44,884 nt of DNA from an uncultured Bifidobacterium sp. (lineage in GTDB: Bacteria; Fibrobacterota; Fibrobacteria; UBA11236), in the NCBI GenBank assembly GCA_964416695.1, contig CAYQFG010000003.1:1-44884 (forward strand), read 5' to 3'. Both the position numbers and the translations under genes were made by a program. The notes beneath the pieces are model-generated. The model had not been told where the DNA came from and searched no databases. It saw only the letters and a program-made list of their open reading frames with translations. Below are positions 38,795 through 44,884 of this stretch, in pieces; within the stretch, counting starts at the first letter, position 1, and every line of letters begins with the position of its first letter.

Positions 38795-40600
38795 ATGAAC
38801 CCGACTTTCCGATACGTGCCTGCATGGATCGCGCTCCCCGCGCTTGCCTTTCTCCCGTTGACCGGCCTGCTGGCCGGTTGCTCCGGAAAACAGGCGGAGT
38901 CTGCCGGGCGTTATACGCGTATTGTGGACGATGTGGTGGTGGATACGGCGGGAGAATTCGATCCCATCGCCAACCCGAACGCCGTCCCGGGTGGGACCTA
39001 CACGACCTGGGGCGGTCCCGCTCCCAAATCCCTCAACATGTGGCTCGACTACAACTCGTTTTCGGCCAACGTCATGGGACTTTTGTACGAAAACCTCGTC
39101 GCCCTGCACTCCGTGGAAGACGAGCCCGTGGGGGTGCTGGCAGAACGTTGGGAAACCTCGGCTGACGGGAAAACGTTCACCTTCCATATCGATCCCCGCG
39201 CACGCTGGAGTGACGGCACACCCATCACGGCGGGCGATTTCCAGTTTTACTACGACGTCATCATGAATCCCGCGAACATGACGCCGATCTTCCGGGTCGG
39301 CCTCTCGCGCTTCTCCCGTCCCGTGGCCGTGGACAGCCTCACACTCAGGATCACCGCCCGGGAAGCCCACTGGAGCAATTTCTGGGAGGCTGCCGGACTG
39401 GTCGCTTTTCCCGCCCACGTCTGGAAGGACCAGGACTTCAACGACCTCAATCATGAATTCCCCGTGGTGAGCGGCCCCTACCGGCTGGGTGAAGTCAAAC
39501 GCGAACGTTTCATCACTCTCGAGCGCCGCAGCGACTGGTGGGGGCGCGTCAAACGCTACAATCAGAACAAGTACAACTTCGCGACCATCCGGTATCGCTT
39601 CATGGAGGACCGCAACAAGGCTCTGGAAGCGTTCAAGAAAGGCGACTTCGACGTCTATCCCATCTACACCGCCTCGCTGTGGGCCGAAAAGACCGGCCCC
39701 CGGGACATCCCGGGTCTCGCCAACGGGTGGGTCGCCCGCAAGGAGATCTACAACCACGAGCCCAAGGGTTACCAGGGGTTTGCCGTCAACATGCGTCGCG
39801 CCAGGTTCCAGGACGTGCGCGTCCGTCTCGCGCTGTCGCACCTGCTGAACCGTGAGCTCATGAACGACAAGCTGATGTACAATCAGTACTTCCTTCTCAA
39901 CTCCTATTACCCCGACCTTTATCCGGGGAACGTGAACCCGGATGCCCCGCTGATCAGCTACGATCCGGAAAAAGCCCGGACCCTGTTGACTGACGCCGGC
40001 TGGAAGGCCGGCGCGGACGGCATCCTGACCAAAAACGGCGAACGCTTTACGCTGACCTTTCTGACCTCCAGCGTGATGCCGCATTACAATGTTTATCTCG
40101 AAGACCTCAAGAAAGCCGGTATCGATGCCCGGGTGGAACAAATGTCACATTCCACCATCAGCAAGCGCATCGACAATCATGACTTCGACCTGTACTGGGC
40201 GGCCTGGGGTGCTTCCCGCCTGCGCAATCCCGAAGCCTCCTGGAAGTCCTCCACCGCCGATGAGGTGGCGTCCAACAATTTCCCCGGTTTGAAGGATGCC
40301 GCCGTCGATGCCCTCATCGCCCGCCAGAAAACCGAGATGGATCTCGGCCGCCGCAACGAAATCCTCAAACAGATCGATGCACGACTGACCTCACTCGTCC
40401 CCTACGTCCTTCTGTGGCAATCCGAAAAGACGCGCCTGCTCTACTGGAACCGCTTCGGTACCCCCCAATACGTCCTGGACAAGTTCAACCGGGAAGATGC
40501 CGCACTCACGTACTGGTTCGTCGATTCAGCCCGCAGCGCCAACGTGGACCTGCGCATCACGATGCCCATGGATACGGCAAGCGTGAGGTACGCAGAGTGA
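38795..40600 (+). CDS. yejA: family-5 ABC substrate-binding lipoprotein, YejA-like
   Basis: Lipobox LLAGC. About 600 aa. Followed by YejB/YejE-like permeases. Confidence 0.85.
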   Translation: MNPTFRYVPAWIALPALAFLPLTGLLAGCSGKQAESAGRYTRIVDDVVVDTAGEFDPIANPNAVPGGTYTTWGGPAPKSLNMWLDYNSFSANVMGLLYENLVALHSVEDEPVGVLAERWETSADGKTFTFHIDPRARWSDGTPITAGDFQFYYDVIMNPANMTPIFRVGLSRFSRPVAVDSLTLRITAREAHWSNFWEAAGLVAFPAHVWKDQDFNDLNHEFPVVSGPYRLGEVKRERFITLERRSDWWGRVKRYNQNKYNFATIRYRFMEDRNKALEAFKKGDFDVYPIYTASLWAEKTGPRDIPGLANGWVARKEIYNHEPKGYQGFAVNMRRARFQDVRVRLALSHLLNRELMNDKLMYNQYFLLNSYYPDLYPGNVNPDAPLISYDPEKARTLLTDAGWKAGADGILTKNGERFTLTFLTSSVMPHYNVYLEDLKKAGIDARVEQMSHSTISKRIDNHDFDLYWAAWGASRLRNPEASWKSSTADEVASNNFPGLKDAAVDALIARQKTEMDLGRRNEILKQIDARLTSLVPYVLLWQSEKTRLLYWNRFGTPQYVLDKFNREDAALTYWFVDSARSANVDLRITMPMDTASVRYAE

Positions 40601-40681
40601 AAAGCGGGGGTCGCAGGCCCTGTGCCGGACTTCATGAAAAGGACGCCCGGACGCCATTCGCCGCCCCGCATGCGCCCGATC

Positions 40682-40702
40682 CCGGCATCCGGCATCCGGC
40701 AT
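40682..40702. repeat. (CCGGCAT)x3 heptamer repeat in the yejA-yejB spacer
   Basis: Three perfect tandem copies. Confidence 0.8.
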
Positions 40703-40739
40703 TCGGTCCGCACGGTCACGTCGCGGAGAACTTTGTGGC

Positions 40740-41753
40740 ATGAAGTCCTATCTCCTTCGCCGACTCCTGCTGATGATTCCGACGCTGTTCGGCATCTCCC
40801 TCGTGTGCTTTCTGCTCACGCAGTTCGTGCCCGGAGGGCCGGTGGAACAGATGGTGTCGCAAATCCGGCAGACGGCGGGAGACAAGGGCCAGAACGCATC
40901 GCATGCGATCTCTCCTGCGGAACTGGAAAACATCAAGCGTTACTACGGTTTTGACAAGCCCGTTCACGTCCGCTACGTGACGTGGCTCGGCAAAATCGTG
41001 CGGCTGGACATGGGACGCTCCTATACCTACGGGGAACCGGCGTGGGACGTGATCAGGTCGAAATTCCCCATCAGCCTCTTTTTCGGAATCACTTCGTTCG
41101 TCCTTTCCTACCTGATCTGCATCCCGCTGGGTTTGTACAAGGCGCTCCGCCACAAATCGACGTTCGACACGACTTCCTCGGCGCTACTCTTCGCCGGCTA
41201 CGTGGTCCCCGGCTTCGCGCTGGGGGTCCTCCTGCTGACCTTCCTCGCCGGCGGCACCTGGCTGGACTGGTTCCCCCTCTCGGGCATCGTGTCCGATGAC
41301 TGGGAGTCGTACTCGCTGTGGGGGAAAACCGTCGACTTCCTCTGGCACATGACCCTTCCGTTGATCTGCTACATGGCCGGGGAATTCGCCTTTCTCACCT
41401 TGCTCATGAAAAACTCCCTGCTGGAGGAAATGTCCAGGGACTACATGCGCACCGCGCTGTTGCAGGGCATGACGTTCCGGCAGGCGGTGTGGCGTCACGC
41501 CTTGCGGAACGCCCTGGTGCCGCTGGTGACGCGCGCGGGTGAGATCTTCACCCTCATGTTCGCCGGCGCCCTGCTGATCGAAAAGGTTTTTGACATCGAC
41601 GGCATGGGATTGCTCGTCTACCGTTCCATTGAAAATCGCGACTATAACGTCGTGCTCGGCATCATCATGTTGTCCAGCTTCCTCGCCATGCTCGGACGCC
41701 TGTTCAGCGACATCCTTTACGTCGTGGTCGATCCGCGCATCCGGTTGAAATGA
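40740..41753 (+). CDS. yejB: ABC transporter permease, YejB-like
   Basis: MKSYLLRRLLLMIPTLFGISLVCFLLTQFVPGGPVEQ...RYYGFDKPVH... is collinear with E. coli YejB, including the long periplasmic insert. Confidence 0.9.
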   Translation: MKSYLLRRLLLMIPTLFGISLVCFLLTQFVPGGPVEQMVSQIRQTAGDKGQNASHAISPAELENIKRYYGFDKPVHVRYVTWLGKIVRLDMGRSYTYGEPAWDVIRSKFPISLFFGITSFVLSYLICIPLGLYKALRHKSTFDTTSSALLFAGYVVPGFALGVLLLTFLAGGTWLDWFPLSGIVSDDWESYSLWGKTVDFLWHMTLPLICYMAGEFAFLTLLMKNSLLEEMSRDYMRTALLQGMTFRQAVWRHALRNALVPLVTRAGEIFTLMFAGALLIEKVFDIDGMGLLVYRSIENRDYNVVLGIIMLSSFLAMLGRLFSDILYVVVDPRIRLK

Positions 41754-41901
41754 GCCCGGGGACTGGCATGATCAAAGGGCAGGGAGCGGGAGTGGGGGTT
41801 GAAGCGGCCGGCCGGCAGTCACGTCACGTGGGCGCCCCGGCCTGGCCGCGGTTCCGGTCTCGGCCTTGCGTCTCCATGTCCCTTCCTCAAAGGATCACCC
41901 C

Positions 41902-42933
41902 GTGTTCTCCGACCTGACCCGAGCCCGCTTCCGCCGCTTCCGCTCCATGCGGCGCGCCTGGTGGTCGTTGCTGATCCTCACGGCGGCGTTCGTCCTGTCT
42001 CTCGGCAGCGAACTGATTTCCAACGACCGGCCCCTCCTGCTCGGGTATCAGGGGAAGCTGCACGTCCCCGTCTTCAAATTTTACCCCGGAACGACCTTCG
42101 GCTTGTCGCAAGCCACACGGGTGGACTATCATGCGCTTGAGAGCGATCCCCGTTTTCAGCAAGCGGGCGGCTGGATGCTGTACCCTCCCGTGAAATGGGG
42201 TCCCTACCGCAACCATCTCGAACTGGCAGGCAATCCGCCCCACAAGCCGTCCTTCGCGCACTGGCTGGGAACGGACAACACGGGACGCGATGTGTTCTCG
42301 CGCCTGCTGTACGGCTTCCGGCTGTGCATGGCCTTTGCCCTGCTCATCAGCGCTCTGGCGGCGCTGCTGGGAATCCTCATCGGGGGTCTGCAGGGATGGG
42401 TCGGCGGCAAGACCGACATGCTCGGCCAGCGCTTCATCGAAATCTGGTCGGCACTCCCCTTCCTTTACATCGTCATCCTGCTGGGAGCCCTGTACGGGCG
42501 CAGTTTCGGTCTGCTGGTTTTCATCGTCGCCATCTTTTCGTGGATTGGTCTCTCGTACTACATGCGCGCGGAGTTTTTGCGTTTGCGTAATCTCAACTAC
42601 GTGAAGTCCGCACGCGCGCTCGGCATTCCCGCCTGGCGCATTTTTCTGCGGCACGTGTTGCCCAACGCCGTGACACCCGTGGTCACGCTGCTTCCGTTCC
42701 TGCTCGTCTCCGGCATCTCCGCGCTCACATCGCTCGACTTTCTCGGTTTCGGCCTGCAACCACCGGCCCCTTCGTGGGGTGAACTGCTGCGCCAGGGCCT
42801 GGAAAATCTCCACGCTCCCTGGCTGGCCATCGCCGCCACCGCGGCCTTGTTCATCACCCTGTTGCTGGCAACCTTCGTGGGGGAAGGCCTCCGTGAAGCG
42901 TTCGACCCCAAGGCCGACGCCCGCGTGGAATGA
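41902..42933 (+). CDS. yejE: ABC transporter permease, YejE-like
   Basis: VFSDLTRARFRRFRSMRRAWWSLLIL...HWLGTDNTGRDVFSRLLYG...ARALGIPAWRIFLRHVLPNA. GTG 41902 follows AAAGGA. The TTG 41866 alternative is less likely. Confidence 0.87.
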   Translation: MFSDLTRARFRRFRSMRRAWWSLLILTAAFVLSLGSELISNDRPLLLGYQGKLHVPVFKFYPGTTFGLSQATRVDYHALESDPRFQQAGGWMLYPPVKWGPYRNHLELAGNPPHKPSFAHWLGTDNTGRDVFSRLLYGFRLCMAFALLISALAALLGILIGGLQGWVGGKTDMLGQRFIEIWSALPFLYIVILLGALYGRSFGLLVFIVAIFSWIGLSYYMRAEFLRLRNLNYVKSARALGIPAWRIFLRHVLPNAVTPVVTLLPFLLVSGISALTSLDFLGFGLQPPAPSWGELLRQGLENLHAPWLAIAATAALFITLLLATFVGEGLREAFDPKADARVE

Positions 42934-43061
42934 AACCGTGCACCCGCGTCTCCCCCTGCATCGCATGATTTTCGTCCCCTTCATCCAGGAATCCCCAGCT
43001 CTTACGGCCGGGCCATGCCGGCCGGAAACCGCTGGCCACCTTCAGTTCCCGTGAGATTCGC

Positions 43062-43892
43062 ATGACTTCACGCACCGCTCTTGCCTCCCTCATCGCCGAC
43101 CGTCTCGAGCGGGACCGCGACATCCTGAAGGCCGCATGGGACACCTCCGGCCCCGTGTTTCACGTCGCCATCGACGACCTCCTTCCCGTCGCGATCGCCC
43201 GGGAGGTCGCCGCGGCGTTTCCACCGCGGTCTGAAATGCGCGGCTACGAGAGCCTGAAGGAACGCAAGCGGATCGGTGTGGCCATGGATGCGTACCCCCC
43301 CATCCTCAAGGAAATCACTTTCGCATTTCAGGATCCGCGCGTCCTGAAGGCCACTGAAGCGATCACCGGTATCGTGCCCTTGAACGCGGATGCCAACCTG
43401 TACAGCAGCGGCCTGAGCTCGATGGGTGAGGGTGATTTCCTGAACCCTCACATCGACAACTCGGGAAATCCCCTGCTGGGACAATACCGTCGCATCAATA
43501 CGCTTTATTACGTCTCCCCGGACTGGGATCCCGTCTGGGGCGGAGTTCTCGAACTCTGGGACGGGAACCGCGCCAACCCCCGGGATGTGGAACCGCGCTT
43601 CAACCGCCTCGTCCTGATGAACACCAACCGCCGGTCCTACCACTCCGTGCGGCCGATTCGCGGATGCGGCGCGCGCGCACGCAACTGCGTGTCCAACTAT
43701 TACTTCTCGCCTGAATCACCCGAAGGCTATGACTACTCCCACGTCACCAGTTTTCGTGGACGCCCCGAACAACCGGTTCGCGACCTCTGGTTGCGACTGG
43801 ATGCGGCCGCCCGGGAAGTGTACCGGAAAATCCGGCCGCGCACGCCCGCCAGTGTCAAGCACAAGTATCAGGAGCACAATCAGTCGACCTGA
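43062..43892 (+). CDS. 2OG-Fe(II) oxygenase superfamily protein
   Basis: Facial triad candidates H-I-D in NPHIDNS and the distal His in RRSYHSV. Motif WGGVLELW. Confidence 0.72.
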   Translation: MTSRTALASLIADRLERDRDILKAAWDTSGPVFHVAIDDLLPVAIAREVAAAFPPRSEMRGYESLKERKRIGVAMDAYPPILKEITFAFQDPRVLKATEAITGIVPLNADANLYSSGLSSMGEGDFLNPHIDNSGNPLLGQYRRINTLYYVSPDWDPVWGGVLELWDGNRANPRDVEPRFNRLVLMNTNRRSYHSVRPIRGCGARARNCVSNYYFSPESPEGYDYSHVTSFRGRPEQPVRDLWLRLDAAAREVYRKIRPRTPASVKHKYQEHNQST

Positions 43893-43973
43893 TCCCGGAC
43901 GGCGAAACGAAACGGGACCTCACGCTCACCTGCCCCTTCAAGCGCTCCGTCCCACCAACCGCTTGAAGGTCAA

Positions 43974-44633
43974 TCAAGGCTTCGTCCAGCCCAGCAACGT
44001 CGCCAGACCGGGCAGTCCCTGGAGCGTCGCCACCGGTGTCCGTCCGGCAAACGCACCGTCACCGTGATCGACCGCGATGAAGGGAATGCCCACCGACTCC
44101 GCCGCGTTGATGTCCTGTACGGCATCTCCCACATAGATCGCGGCGCGCGGCGTCAAACCGTGGCGCTCAAGCAGGGTCTGCAGGTGCTCCGCCTTCAGTG
44201 GCGGCCATCCATGAATTTCGCGGAAGTATCCGCGAATGCCGAAGTGGGCCACCGTCCCGTCGATCACCTCCTGCGGCGTGCCTGTGACCACCGCCAGGGG
44301 AACCTCACGCCGCGCCGCTTCATCCAGAAACCCGATCACGCCCGGCATCATCCGCATGTGCGGACGCAGCCGGATGTCCTCCTCGGCAAACCGCGCCAGT
44401 ACGTGCTCCTGCTCTTCGGGCGTGATCTCTTCGCCCCCTGACAACGCCTTGTACATCAGCGGCAGGGCACGTGAACGCGAAAGGCCCGCATACAACAGTT
44501 GTTGCGTCCGTACGGCTTCGCGCGCAAATCCGTACTCTGCCAGCGCGTAGCAATAAGCATCCAGCTTCAGCGTCATCGAGTCCATGATCACGCCGTCAAA
44601 GTCGAGAAAAATCCAGCGGGGAATCAGCATCAT
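43974..44633 (-). CDS. HAD-superfamily hydrolase (phosphoglycolate phosphatase-like)
   Basis: Motif I FLDFDGVIMDS, motif II VVTGT, motif IV YVGDAVQDINAA. The ATG ATG at 44633 is preferred over the ORF-track start at 44870, which runs into the repeats. Confidence 0.82.
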   Translation of the reverse strand: MMLIPRWIFLDFDGVIMDSMTLKLDAYCYALAEYGFAREAVRTQQLLYAGLSRSRALPLMYKALSGGEEITPEEQEHVLARFAEEDIRLRPHMRMMPGVIGFLDEAARREVPLAVVTGTPQEVIDGTVAHFGIRGYFREIHGWPPLKAEHLQTLLERHGLTPRAAIYVGDAVQDINAAESVGIPFIAVDHGDGAFAGRTPVATLQGLPGLATLLGWTKP

Positions 44634-44715
44634 CCAAAGGTAATGATCCGGGATACCGGGCCTGCCACTGCCGGTCTCCGCCACCCGCCGAAGAAGCAAC
44701 GCAGACCATGGTGGC

Positions 44716-44770
44716 GCACGACGCAGGCGCACTCGCAGTGCGACGAGGAGGGCCAACGAAGGAGCGCGAC
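44716..44770. repeat. 55-bp direct repeat, copy 1
   Basis: GCACGACGCAGGCGCACTCGCAGTGCGACGAGGAGGGCCAACGAAGGAGCGCGAC, identical to 44830-44884. Confidence 0.85.
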
Positions 44771-44829
44771 GGGCGCCGCCATGGGGCACACACCCACCCG
44801 CCGGAGCGCCGCCCAAGCGATCCGAGGCG

Positions 44830-44884
44830 GCACGACGCAGGCGCACTCGCAGTGCGACGAGGAGGGCCAACGAAGGAGCGCGAC
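44830..44884. repeat. 55-bp direct repeat, copy 2 (cut by the window edge)
   Basis: Identical to copy 1. Period 114 bp. Confidence 0.85.

Noticed and set aside
38681-40141. N-terminal 487 aa of the 1081-aa ORF 36896-40141(-)
   Set aside because: This part is antisense to the YejA-like gene and has no protein-like features. The family-5 binding protein begins with a clear lipoprotein signal at the ATG at 38680.
44716-44884. CRISPR array
   Set aside because: Only two repeat copies are visible. At 55 bp the repeat is longer than typical CRISPR repeats. The inter-repeat sequence shares a block with the sequence preceding copy 1, which is tandem-repeat behaviour. No cas genes are in the window. 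Kept as an open finding rather than a CRISPR call.

Overview
High-GC (roughly 65-70% by eye) bacterial chromosomal segment with about 40 genes. Most are housekeeping or envelope genes, and a few stretches look accessory.

Gene order, left to right:
- Partial secreted protein (-), then tRNA-Leu(TAG), tig, clpP, clpX.
- In the slot where lon usually follows clpX: two paralogous membrane histidine kinases, a LuxR/NarL-type response regulator, a stand-alone Lon proteolytic domain, and YggS.
- A membrane protein (-) and DivIVA.
- An envelope glycosylation set: FemAB-like acyltransferase, then a polytopic GT-C-like membrane protein and a GT2 on the minus strand.
- dnaE (-).
- A 460-bp repeat-rich noncoding spacer.
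- Two lipoproteins (-), one of them a BNR/Ycf48-like propeller.
- A decayed ~0.5-kb segmental duplication.
- A PQQ-type sugar dehydrogenase lipoprotein (-) and an unknown 262-aa protein (-).
- Membrane pyrophosphatase hppA (-), a DHH-like protein and aspartate kinase.
- A CotH-family kinase lipoprotein in a lower-GC patch (-).
- An NmrA-like reductase (-), a YgiD/DODA-type extradiol dioxygenase and DUF47-Pit.
- Two divergently transcribed peptide-type ABC importers, each with a binding protein and two permeases but no ATPase gene.
- A 2OG-Fe(II) oxygenase, a HAD hydrolase (-), and a 55-bp direct repeat cut by the right edge.

I found no rRNA, convincing CRISPR array, transposase, integrase or recognisable known defence system.

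The four observations I rate highest:
1. The upstream kinase paralog has Asp (GAC) exactly where its neighbour has the phospho-acceptor His (CAC).
2. A Lon protease domain lacking the AAA+ module keeps the Ser-Lys dyad at canonical spacing. It is translationally coupled to yggS, downstream of the two-component genes.
3. A 75-codon copy of the C-terminus of the unknown 262-aa protein differs from its parent almost only at synonymous sites. It therefore looks like a maintained mini-gene, while the adjacent duplicated dehydrogenase 5' end is frameshifted.
4. The CotH lipoprotein sits in a compositionally distinct patch.

All calls rest on reading the sequence and ORF translations by eye. No searches were run, so family assignments are motif-based.
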